A DNA stretch of 63,031 nt, counting the filler, from Octopus bimaculoides (lineage: Eukaryota), in the NCBI RefSeq assembly GCF_001194135.2. It is 6 parts of 6 records of this genome, joined end to end, with 100 filler letters (N's around TTAATTAATTAA, not from the genome) between each part and the next. Parts side by side here need not be neighbours in the genome. Positions count along the whole stretch, not along the records: positions 44,329 to 58,126 come from NC_068989.1; positions 58,227 to 63,031 come from NC_068984.1; 4 more parts are not named here. One strand, written 5' to 3'. Position numbers and translations under genes: made by a program. Below, piece after piece: positions 49,625 to 61,005 of this stretch; the first letter of the stretch is position 1; every line of letters begins with the position of its first letter. The notes below the pieces were generated by a model. That model saw only the letters and a program-made list of their open reading frames with translations, made no database searches and had not been told where the DNA came from.

Positions 49625-49795
49625 TCGTTTGCATTCCCCCCCTGAAATCATGTCCAGGCTAGGGGAAAATAGTATCTAACTTGGAAACAGGTGAGGTTTG
49701 GCATTAGGAAGGGCATCTGGTTGTAAAAGCCGAATCCTGTCTGCCTCATAGAAGCATGAAAAAGTAGACATTAAAATGATGATGATAACAAGGAG
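49625..49795 (+). mobile_element. Old SINE family D 3' fragment
   Basis: GGCATTAGGAAGGGCATCTGG...AGCATGAAAAAGTAGACATTAAAATGATGATGA. Confidence 0.6.
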
Positions 49796-49924
49796 GATAT
49801 CTTTCAGACACACACACATGTATATATCATTATCATAATTTTAATATCCACTTTTCAATGGCTGAATGCCTTTCCTGTCACCAACATACTCACACATGTA
49901 CATACACGAACATGCATATTTATA

Positions 49925-50068
49925 TGGCAGGCTTCTTTCAGTTTCAGTCTGCCAAATTCACTCACAAGGCTTTGGTTGCTCTGGTTATTGAAGAAAACAC
50001 TTGCCCAAGGTATCACACTGTGGGACTGATCCCAGAACCATGTTGTTTGAGAAGTAGACTTTTTAATG
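49925..50068 (-). mobile_element. CpG-decayed SINE family B 5' half
   Basis: Same layout as 15081-15224, but CpGs converted (CACGCAGT to CACACTGT, CCCGGAA to CCCAGAA). Confidence 0.78.
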
Positions 50069-53000
50069 AACAACTATTTTGTGTGTGTGTGTTTTTCAGT
50101 ACTTCATTTTATAAATGTTTAAATATATTCTACCTATAAATTATTAAACTTTTCTGTTGATAATTGAAAACCGAAAAGCAATTTCAGACTTAAAGAATGA
50201 CAAATTGGAATGTAGTTAAGGTTTGTATTGATTTGTTTTTATCCTTTAACAGTCAGCCAATTTCCATTCCTATACCTGAGATAATGGTAGTTTTTCTGGA
50301 GTTTAGGCTGTTCAGTCTTCACTTCACTTCACTTCATCTGTAGTTGCTTGTTGATTTTATTATATAATAGGTTACATTCATGTTCTTGATGTCTATTCCA
50401 CTAATGGTTTTAATTTTTAAAATTAATTTTATTAATTTTTGATTCATACAAGCATTATTTTTTCTCTTTGAGTCTTTTCTATTCACAATGAAGATGAATG
50501 ATGATAAAGGAAAAAAAAACTTCATGAGATGTCATCAATCTTTCTTTCATTTCATTCCATAATAATTTTCTGACTCATAGAAACCTGTTTTTTAACTTAA
50601 ATATGATTATTTCACTTTTTTGGTGACTGTATCTGTTATAGTGATTACTATTGTTCATATCTTGTGACTTATGTAAAAAAAAAAAAATGCATTGAAATGT
50701 TCACAGTACATTTCATGATACAGAGAGAAAAATTATTTCTAGTTTGTATCAGAATAATGAGTTACAAAATATTTTTTTAAACATTTCAAACTTGACATTT
50801 TTTTTTAGCTTAGTTAAGTATTTTCAATGTAACAGGAAATTTTCAAAAAGAAACGGACTTTATTTTATGAAACCAAACCTAGCTATTTTAAGTGTAGGCA
50901 AGAAGAGAAAGAAGCTCTGCAAACTGAAGAATCTGTTTCCATAACCTCTTGAGGGTGTGCCACTCTTCGTGATTTTCTGACATGAAATTACCTTCATAAA
51001 TTAACAAGACATGTAACATAATAGATTACACACACCCACACACATTATATACACATGATTAAGTGGGGAGGCAGGGTTATAGTTAAGAAGATGGAATGAC
51101 CTTAGATTTGATACAAACGCTACTGAGCACAGATACAGATATTTTACAAGCTCATCAATAAGAAAGTACAAAACTGGTCATAATTTAAAGATATACAGTC
51201 ATTCTGCTTTTTATAACTTTCAAGTGGTACTTAAGACATGACTTTAATCTCAGCATTTGATACTGTTTACTCTGCTCAAACATTGGTTTGTTAGAAAATA
51301 CATTGTTACTTTCCTTGATCTAGGAAACCTTGTTTGAGGAAAGTATTTAGCAAAGACATTTTAACTTTCCTATCTTCTTATTTCCTGGCAGCCATCCAAC
51401 CATTTGCCAAGGGTTGGGGTAATATATCTTACCATGAACACTAGTTTTTTCATTAGCAGCTTATACTACCTGAAAGAATTCTCTTAGTGTGTTCTACTAG
51501 CAACATGCCTGATATGTGACTCATTCCACAAGCTTTGAACTGTTGACAGTCTAAAAAGTGATTTCAACACTTATTTCTTTGTTATTTATTTCAATATTGT
51601 CCAAATATGTCTCTTTCTAAATTTTCAACTCCTGTAGCAACTCAGTAGAATGTACCACTACCTCAGCCTATATAGTTCCCATATCATTATATTAAGTTGA
51701 ATGATGTTCTAGATGCTCTATATAATTTCCCATTCCAAATTAATTTTACCAACTCAACATACAAATAGATAATAAAAGTATTCTTAGATATTGTTTTTTT
51801 TTCTACAGTTAATTTTATGGTTACATTTTGTTTATGTCCCATTATGCCCAAGTTAATTTTGCTGTTTTTCCTTATGAAGCCAACAAAATAGGGCCACACA
51901 ACTAACTGGAGTTGATATAATTGATAAACCAAGTAAAAGAATAAAAGAGATGTCGAATATATGGCCTGCAGTCCAGATCTAGCTTATAATGTTTAGTCTG
52001 GCTTAATTTTATAAATTTTAGCTTGGCTTAATTTTTATAGTTTAGCCTTGCTTAATTTTATGAAACAAAATTTCAAAATATTCTATCAAATATATATCAA
52101 CATCAGTTCCAATCAGTTAAATCAGTGCATTTCAAAGAATCTCTGATCTCAACGAATGAAAAAGAAGTTTCTAAATCCAAATACAAAAAGGTATGACCAG
52201 TTTCCTGTTCAATTCATCAGTAGATGCTGAAACACTTTTTCTGAGTGTTAATATATTCTCAATATCTAATTGTATTCATATTTCTTGGAACATCTTTAAA
52301 TTTAGTTGAGCAAACTTATTTTGATTTCTCTTTGATTTCCCTAGTCTGTTATCTAATTTTGTTGTTTCTCATTAAGGTATGCTTCACTTAAGAAGATTGT
52401 TCTTTTTCCAAGTTCAGTTTCTTGGCAGTTGATTTTTATTTTTATCGTTTTTTTTGTCATGGGATAACTTTTAATTCTCTTAGAATATCCAACAAAGTTA
52501 AGTTGTTGCAACTGTGTCTTTTTTTTTTTTTATACAACAAGTAAGATCATCTTTCAGCAGAAGCTTTCAAAGTGTCTTTATTGCCTCTGTTTGTCTAGTT
52601 TTATATCCTGATTTGAAGGATTTGTATGGCAATTTACAGTATGAACTGGAATCTAGTGTCATCAAAAGCACTATTAGCTGTGTTAATTGGTCAAGACTCA
52701 TTGGAAAGCATTTGAAATCATAAGATTTCAAAACTGATGATATCCTCTTTGCTTTACATGTTATGTGACATTCTACATGTTTTTTTAGGCAAAATAAAAA
52801 TGACTGCTAAAAATATCAAGTTGAATGGCTATTCATAGTCTCTCTCTTTAATATATCTTAAAATATTTCTGAATGAGTCAATCTCATGACTATATGGGAT
52901 TGGTAGATTTAGCTGTAGTCTTATCAACAGTATTGCACTTATTTCATCACTACTTATTCCATAGCATTACAATGAAATTGTTCTTAAGTGACTTGTAAAC

Positions 53001-53518
53001 AATTTTTTCCAGAAATGTTGTGGGTGGGAAGTAAACATACTCGCCCGGTAGTTTGGTCTTAGTTTGTAACATAGAAATGTAATAAATAGTGTTAAGAGGG
53101 ACACTCTGTTGTAGAGCTATAGTGTTCCAGTAACTGACGTAAATGTCCATTCAGATGTACAATATTCAATTCATTCACATGCAGAAAAAGATGTGTAGAT
53201 TTTTTTCCTCACTAATATCTTTTAAAGTATTTCTCTGTTAGTATATGCCATTAGTCAATAACATGATATCAAATTGCATGTAATCTATGTAATACAAGAA
53301 AAATATTGTTTTTCGTTTTCCCAAGCACAATGACGTTTCTTTCATCAAATAGAATTGTTCAAATTAGATTTTAACCCTTTCATTACTATATTTCTAGCTA
53401 AAATACACCCCACTATACATTTTGATTAAATTCTAAAATAAATTTAGACTGATTTCATAAAACAGTTCTAACTTTATGTTGTTATACTTGGGGATGGTAA
53501 TTTTTTTTGACCATTTAA

Positions 53519-53724
53519 CCCTTTGGCATTTAAACTGGCCATATTTGGCCCAAGTATTCTACCTGTCTTACATTCAAACTAGCTAGATTTGGCCTCTCAC
53601 ACTTTCCCAACAGTGTAATTGTAAAAATAAACTATCACACCCAAGGCTATGAAATGATGCATAATTAATTCAAATGTGAATGCATAACCATTACATTTGG
53701 CTGATTAATCTAAACGCTAAAGGG
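53519..53724 (+). mobile_element. piggyBac-like MITE, copy 1
   Basis: TTAA flanks at 53515-53518 and 53725-53728; TIRs CCCTTTGGCATTTA / TAAACGCTAAAGGG. Confidence 0.8.
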
Positions 53725-53884
53725 TTAAACACCTGTACTATTTATTTGATCTTCACTTCAGTTTTTATTTGTATTATTTTTAGTTTATTTGTCTGTCAAA
53801 GTTCTTTTGTCATACATTGTAACCTCCTCAGTGTCACACTGTCCCACGTGTCTCCTCATGTCCTGCTTATTCCAAAAATTTGGT

Positions 53885-54010
53885 AAACTGAAACTGAAAG
53901 AAGCTCATCATATATGTATATGTATGTACGATTGTGTGTGTACTTGTCTTGACATCATGTGATGATTATAAATGAGCTTCCCCATTATACAAATGATGTT
54001 GTGAGACTTT
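53885..54010 (+). mobile_element. CpG-decayed SINE (family B/D hybrid body) fragment
   Basis: GAAACTGAAAGAAGCTCATCATATA...CTTGTCTTGACATCATGTGATG; second copy at 55240-55560. Confidence 0.7.
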
Positions 54011-54415
54011 GATGAGGTCACAATGTATGATGAAAGAACTTTGGCAGACAAATAGGCGAAAAATAATACAAATAAAAACTAAAGTGAGGCTCAAATAAAT
54101 AGTGCATGTGTTTAATTAGCAAAAAAAAAAAAAAATAGTAACCATCTCCAAGTATAATAAAATCTGTTTCAACAACATTTTCACATCAAGAATCTTGCAA
54201 AGCAAATGCATAAATGTAAATTCTAACCTTCTTTTTATTTATTTATTGATGTTTGGTCAACTTAATGAAAGGCTGGTAAATAAACCAATTACATAATTTT
54301 TTTACCAAGTTGAATCTAATTACAGGAAATGTAGAATTATTTAAACTTTGTTTAAACATCACCATAGAAACTGAATTATTAGCAAATGCTCAACTCAGCA
54401 TATTACATTGTTTAA

Positions 54416-54642
54416 CCCTTTAGTATTCAGATTTCTCTGTTAAATACAAGTTTATTTATTTAATTATTCACACTGTTTTGAATTAATTATACATTATCTT
54501 ATACCTTTGAGATATCAATGTTGTGATTGTTTATTTTTAGAATGACATTATAGAGTAGGTGTGAGAGGCCTGATCTAATCAGATTGAACTGAAAACGGGT
54601 AGAATATTTGGGCTTGATATGGCCAGTTTGAATACTAAAGGG
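54416..54642 (-). mobile_element. piggyBac-like MITE, copy 2 (inverted relative to copy 1)
   Basis: TTAA flanks and TIRs CCCTTTAGTATTCA / TGAATACTAAAGGG; internal GTAGAATATTTGGG...ATATGGCCAGTTT is the reverse complement of copy 1. Confidence 0.8.
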
Positions 54643-54939
54643 TTAATATGGAAGAACTGTGCACGTTGTTCGAATTTTCAAAGGAACTGAAATGTACAGA
54701 AAACATGTGTTCCATAACAGTAAAATGGAACAAAAAGTATTGGATTTTTTTATGTCTGAAGAAAACTACGAAATGAAATAAATTCATATACACAATAATG
54801 ATTCACAGATATAAATTAAACAAAAGTTGTTGCAAACTTACAGGTAAATTAAAATAACTGGTATATAAAAATAAATAAATAAAAATTAGGTAAATTTGGA
54901 AAAGAATTTTATAAACTCTAATGCTATATATATATGTAT

Positions 54940-54971
<32 letters not shown>

Positions 54972-54981
54972 GTGTGTGTGT

Positions 54982-55185
54982 GGGTGCTGAAAAGTTCCTA
55001 GTTTTGGGTAAAAGAAAATACAGGTGGATCAGTTATGATTTTATTCAACATGTTCCCCTCTCAGATTCACACACTTATTGCAGCAGTCCTTCAATTTTTC
55101 TAAGCCCTGTAAAAAAAGTTGGAAGGTTGGGCCTTCAACTAGGCTTTTTACAATACTCTTAAAGCCAGAAACTTTTCAACTCTCC
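54982..55185 (-). mobile_element. mariner-derived MITE, copy 1
   Basis: TIRs GGGTGCTGAAAAGTTCC / GAAACTTTTCAACTCTCC; internal sequence is the reverse complement of 55575-55800. Confidence 0.78.
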
Positions 55186-55239
55186 ATTGTGTGTGTGTGT
55201 GTGTGTGTGTGTGTTTATATGTATATATTTTATTTCTAC

Positions 55240-55560
55240 TATAGCTCTGCGGTAACCAAATCCTTGTGGGTGGATTTGGTAAACAGAAACTGAAAGAAGC
55301 TCATCATATATGTATGATTGTGTGTGTACTTGTCTTGACATCATGTGATGATTGTAAATGAGCATCACCATCATACAAATGATGTTGTTCATTTCTAGTT
55401 TTTTATGAAACTCATGCCTGGCCATGGGAAAATTGATCTTCTGTGGTAGCAGGTGAAGATTGGCAACAAGAAGGGCATCTGGTTGTTGAAAACCTGCCTC
55501 AACAAATTCCATCTGACCTATGCAAGCATGAAAAAGTGAATGTTAAAGTGATGATGATGA
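55240..55560 (+). mobile_element. CpG-decayed SINE with (GAT)n tail
   Basis: CCAAATCCTTGTGGGTGGATTTGGTAAACAGAAACTG...GCAAGCATGAAAAAGTGAATGTTAAAGTGATGATGATGA. Confidence 0.78.
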
Positions 55561-55574
55561 GAAATATAAATATA

Positions 55575-55800
55575 TGAGGAGGTGCTGAAAAGTTCCTGGC
55601 TTTAAAGGTATCACGAAAGGCCTGGTTGGAGGCGCAGCCTTCCGAGTTTTTTTTTTTTTTTACAAGGCTTAGAAAAGCTGAAGGACCACTGCAATAAGTG
55701 TGTGAATCTGAGAGGGGAAGGTGTTGAGTAAAATCTTAATTAACTGATTTGCCTGTATTTTTGTTTTACCCAAAGTCAGGAACTTTCCAGCACCCCCTAG
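55575..55800 (+). mobile_element. mariner-derived MITE, copy 2
   Basis: TA target duplications and TIRs; internal KDHCNKCVNLRGEGVE* resembles a mariner transposase C-terminus. Confidence 0.82.
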
Positions 55801-58056
55801 TATATCTTAATGTTTGTTTTTATGTTGAGTTATAATGGAAACCACTTTACATTAAAACAAAGGATTACTCAGTACATTTTGTAGAGTATTTTTATTCTTC
55901 AACAAGAATAGTGTTGAAAGTACATTTGAGTTCATCCTGGCTTTATATAGTCACTGGTAAATTTAAGTTTTCTGAGGTGGGTGAATGGTAATTAAGTTGT
56001 AGAGAATGTGGAGATTGTCCAGCAAAATAGAAACTTTGTAATTTGGTGTGTTTATTTAGGTGTGTTAGCTTTATGCATATAAAGGTTCACAAAAGAATGT
56101 GAGTAGGTGGAAAGATTAGTTGGGCATTGGCTTACTTTACTTTACAATGATGTTATCTAGGAGATTTAACCTGTTTGTTTTGGGAAGGTAGCAGTTATTG
56201 TTCAAAGGTCAATCAAGCATGTAAGACTTTGTTACCAGGTAAGTTTATTTAGGTATGCCAGCTTAGACCATGGTGATTTTAGTATAGGAATTTGTTTGTC
56301 TTGAGCTTTAAGGTTCACAAAAGATCATAGGTAGGTGGAAAGGTTAGTTAGCAGAATTCTAACTAGAAGTTAATTGTTTTTGAATATTAAAAAAAAAAGA
56401 ATTAACCTTTGTGTTTTAGGAAGATAAAATTTACAGTCTGTTTTTATAAATATTTCTTCTATTTGGTTTCTGTTGTGGTGGACACCTCTAGGTGAGAAGT
56501 GGGCTGGTCCACTACTAATAAATAGTGGACTGACAGTCAGTAATGTCAGTCAGTGAGGTGAGGTACGCTGTTCAAACCAGTCCCACAGAGATGATGAAAT
56601 ATGTCGTCATAATGTGGGACATAACAGTGGTGACAAAAATTCGTAACTCACACAGCCACTGATATGTAGGACATAACAATGGTGACAAGGATACCTCTCA
56701 CTGTATAACGGTGTCATTATAACACTGGTAATGAGGTTACGAATGCTCGTAGGAGTGTCAAAATGGAAGCCCTACCTTCAAGAACAATGAAAGGAAATTT
56801 GAAGGATTGAACTCTAACACAGAATGGAAATTCACACAGTGAAATATATATATATAAAAAAAAAATGATCCTGGAGAACGAAAAGAAAATGTCTGATAAA
56901 ACGGGAACCCGACACAGAACTGAACTACACACAGGGAAAAATAATTGTGTGTGGAAGAAGAAGAAAAAATAATAAGAAGAAGTTCGTTTGCAGGATTTAT
57001 GAGTCAGGTTGCTATATGTAGTAGTGCTACCAATAATAATGTAGACTTGGTACTGTGGCATTTTGAAAAATTAAAAAGCTTTGGTCCTGTGTGGAACAAA
57101 ATAATAATAATAATAATAATAAGTCTGTTCAAAGGATTTCTTTGTGTGTTGTGATGTTGTTTATATATATTGTACATTCTTATATATTCTTTTGTGAACC
57201 CTTGAAAACCTCGTAACCTAAACCTGACACATCTAATTACAAAGTTTTACTTGCTGGATTGAATGGTGAACAGTAATCTCCATATTCTCAAAAGAAACAG
57301 ATTGAATCTTTTTTCTTTTTGCAACTTTTTTTTTTTAATAAAAATGGCTGAATTCGTAGGGATGTTCCTCTGGTAGGCTTTTGCCTTTCTCCCAAGTTTT
57401 TTTTTTTTAACGAATAGCTTGCCTTGAATTTCATTGTTACATCTGCTTGGAATTTTAGAAGAAAACTATTGGTTTGAAATGTTTTAGCATTTTGAAGATT
57501 TTGTGTTTGCTGGAAGTCTTAGTTCAGAATTTGATTCCTAAAAATGAGAATGTGGTAGGATTCATTGGTACAAAGCTAACGGGGTTTCTTGTTTCAGGTA
57601 TAGCTGTGCGTATCACAATATCTTCCATTTAATCTGAATTGGAATATTTTTTTTATTCTAATGTTCATATATCTGGATAATGAGGTGTCATTTTTACTAT
57701 TTGGGTTGCATTACTTTTGAGTTCCTCCTAATTTGGCATATTATAGAAACACATTCACAATGCTCGTATTATTATATCCCAAACCAGGTTTGGGATATAA
57801 TAACACTTATCTAGTCTACTAATTGCCTAATAACTCATTATTTAATGAATCATCATTTGATTCATCTGATGTATGACTGTTATCGTTGCAAGTTCAAATA
57901 TGGTGTGCCATTTTCATTCATAGGATGTTAACAGAAGTGTTAAGGAGTTTCAAAAACATACTAACCTACTGAAACCTAACCCACAGAATACTTCTGTTTC
58001 CATATTGCCACTCTGAAACTGTTAATATTTATCCTATTAGAAGATAGATATGTATG

Positions 58057-58093
<37 letters not shown>

Positions 58094-58226
58094 AAATATA
58101 TATATATATATACCGGAGTAAGCACANNNNNNNNNNNNNNNNNNNNNNNNNNNNNNNNNNNNNNNNNNNNTTAATTAATTAANNNNNNNNNNNNNNNNNN
58201 NNNNNNNNNNNNNNNNNNNNNNNNNN

Positions 58227-58265
<39 letters not shown>

Positions 58266-58266
<1 letters not shown>

Positions 58267-58389
58267 TTTTATAACAATAGTATTGAGAGTAACTCCGAAG
58301 TTTCGGCCAACTTAGCCTTCATCGAATTTCTGCTGATGGCTCAGTTAGCCGAAACTTCGAAGTCACTTTCAACACTGTTCTTGTAAAAG
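58266..58389. repeat. 124-bp imperfect palindrome made of two divergent HHR-like motifs
   Basis: Arms of about 52 bp (58266-58317 and 58338-58389); each contains stem II GGCT..(A/G)GCC, GAAAC and stem III. Confidence 0.8.
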
Positions 58390-58824
58390 AATAAATAGAT
58401 ATGTACTATACAGAAAGTATTGACTGATCCTTCAGTTTCACGTAAAATTGCTTTTTATTATTACTCTACATAAAAACAACATATACATAAATACATACAT
58501 ATATATATATAAAAGAGATATACACACTCATATATATGTGTGTGTGTGTATGTATAAATATGTATATATCATGTGGGTTGTGTGCACTTATGTATTTTAA
58601 TGTCCTTGGGGCTTCAGACTTTCTCAAGTTGCTTATATTTCCATCAGTCAGCGCAGTCATACGTATGTGCGTACAAACATAAATACATACGCATAGGTAA
58701 TAAACACATATGCCTCTCTACGTTTAAAGCGAAATAAAACTAAGCTTGCTTCCTATATTTGTCAATTTTCTTTGTCTTTGATAAGACGACTCGCAATTTC
58801 GCCAGAAACCAGTCTCCCTATCCC

Positions 58825-58920
58825 CTCCTCCTCCTCCGCTTCTTCCTCCTCCTCCGCTTCTTCCTCCTCCTCCGCTTCTTCCTCCTCCTCCGCTTCTTCC
58901 TCCTCCTCCGCTTCTTCCTC
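58825..58920. repeat. 18-bp minisatellite (CTCCTCCTCCGCTTCTTC)n
   Basis: About 5 units visible before the gap. Confidence 0.92.
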
Positions 58921-59625
58921 NNNNNNNNNNNNNNNNNNNNNNNNNNNNNNNNNNNNNNNNNNNNNNNNNNNNNNNNNNNNNNNNNNNNNNNNNNNNNNNN
59001 NNNNNNNNNNNNNNNNNNNNNNNNNNNNNNNNNNNNNNNNNNNNNNNNNNNNNNNNNNNNNNNNNNNNNNNNNNNNNNNNNNNNNNNNNNNNNNNNNNNN
59101 NNNNNNNNNNNNNNNNNNNNNNNNNNNNNNNNNNNNNNNNNNNNNNNNNNNNNNNNNNNNNNNNNNNNNNNNNNNNNNNNNNNNNNNNNNNNNNNNNNNN
59201 NNNNNNNNNNNNNNNNNNNNNNNNNNNNNNNNNNNNNNNNNNNNNNNNNNNNNNNNNNNNNNNNNNNNNNNNNNNNNNNNNNNNNNNNNNNNNNNNNNNN
59301 NNNNNNNNNNNNNNNNNNNNNNNNNNNNNNNNNNNNNNNNNNNNNNNNNNNNNNNNNNNNNNNNNNNNNNNNNNNNNNNNNNNNNNNNNNNNNNNNNNNN
59401 NNNNNNNNNNNNNNNNNNNNNNNNNNNNNNNNNNNNNNNNNNNNNNNNNNNNNNNNNNNNNNNNNNNNNNNNNNNNNNNNNNNNNNNNNNNNNNNNNNNN
59501 NNNNNNNNNNNNNGTATATATATCATATAGGTATGTATATATATCATATAGGTATGTATATGCATATATATATAATATATTTTTATATATGTATGTATTG
59601 TGCATTCATATATACATATGTATCG

Positions 59626-59668
<43 letters not shown>

Positions 59669-59889
59669 ATCTGTGTTTGCATCATATATATTCATATGCT
59701 ATGTTATATATGTGTGTGTATGCATGTGTGTGTGTATGTGTGTGTGTGTATGTGCATGTGTGTGTGTGTATGTGTGTGCGTGCTTGCGTCTCGAGTAGCG
59801 ACTTTGTGTTTCATCTGTTCATCCGTTCTCGTAGAATTACAGGGAAGAAATAGATTGATATCGATATTACTTTCCAATCTTTGTTTCAA

Positions 59890-60110
59890 TAATACCTTTT
59901 ATCGTTCCGAGTTGGTGGTAAACACTTCACTGAACAATGTCCCGCCACCGTACCGCCATCTACCAGCCTCCAAATTTATCATAAATTGAGCGAAATCTAT
60001 GATTGGAGAAAACACACTGCAAGGCGACTATGATCGGCACGCTATTTCAGTGTAGTGAAGATGGCGTGTCGGAATGGAAGAGTTGGACATTGTGGATAAG
60101 AATTCTTTCC
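59890..60110. promoter_or_regulatory. Candidate bidirectional promoter
   Basis: CpG-rich. Divergent YY1-type motifs CCGCCATCT (59953-59961) and AAGATGGCG (60058-60066), with GATTGG (reverse CCAAT) at 60001-60006 between them. Confidence 0.35.
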
Positions 60111-60211
60111 ACGAGAAGTGCGGTCTTAGCAGCTCAGTCACGCACGCATGCGCACAGATATATACGCTTGTATGAAGGTATACTCCCGCACACATACATA
60201 CAGATATATAA

Positions 60212-60264
<53 letters not shown>

Positions 60265-60403
60265 CGTGTCTGAGAGTGTATGTACGTATATATATATATA
60301 TATATATGCACACATGTATACACACATGTATATATACACATTATATATATAAATATATATACATATGTATGCATTTTTATTCATATACATACATATATAC
60401 AAC

Positions 60404-60404
<1 letters not shown>

Positions 60405-60434
<30 letters not shown>

Positions 60435-60505
60435 CATCAACAGACAGACAGACAGATAGACAAACAAACTGACAGACAGTCAGACAGATAGACAGACAGA
60501 CAGAC

Positions 60506-60589
<84 letters not shown>

Positions 60590-60590
60590 A
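60405..60590. repeat. (GA)n-(CAGA)n-(AGAT)n-(ATTG)n compound microsatellite
   Basis: Directly visible. Confidence 0.93.
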
Positions 60591-60604
60591 TATGTATGTA
60601 TGTA

Positions 60605-60781
60605 ATGATTTGTAAAGAGCCAGCTTTGTATTCTTATTTATATGTCACTGGCACCAAATGTTTTTGTTGCCCTTTGAATTCGCAGCTGTATTTCTGTATC
60701 AAGGTTTCCATCATTTTGAACAAAGCTTCCAAGGTAGACGAACGAATCGACAACCTCAAGTAACTTTGCCTTAACAAAGGA
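60605..60781 (-). mobile_element. RTE LINE RT C-terminal fragment (inverted 5' segment)
   Basis: VKAKLLEVVDSFVYLGSFVQNDGNLDTEIQLRIQRATKTFG...NTKLALYKSL. Confidence 0.85.
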
Positions 60782-61005
60782 AGAATGTAACGATCGAGAA
60801 GGTGAATGACAATGGTCTGTGCACAGACTGTGACAGACCATGCCTGTCTTTGGCTGGGCTCAAATCTCATCTGCGAACGCATGGAAAACGAACTCCCACT
60901 AACTATTCTGACTATATATCTGTGCACAACTTTGAATGCAGTGTATGCCAGAAGGTTTGCAAATCCAATGGAGGCCTCAAAAGACATTAAGATTCACAAA
61001 AAGCA
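60782..61005 (+). mobile_element. RTE LINE C-terminal double C2H2 finger fragment
   Basis: CTDCDRPCLSLAGLKSHLRTH and CSVCQKVCKSNGGLKRH/KIH (frameshift). Confidence 0.75.

Noticed and set aside
56075-56355. Direct repeat AAGGTTCACAAAAG...GTAGGTGGAAAG at about 56082 and 56310
   Set aside because: Only two short diverged copies with no terminal structure; probably an old local duplication.
57598-57632. Possible plus-strand terminal exon after TTTCTTGTTTCAG|
   Set aside because: All frames stop within 14 codons and no upstream exon chain could be tied to it; left unresolved.
60802-60990. Host C2H2 zinc-finger gene
   Set aside because: Abuts RTE RT sequence, lacks TGEKP linkers and is frameshifted; treated as a LINE tail.
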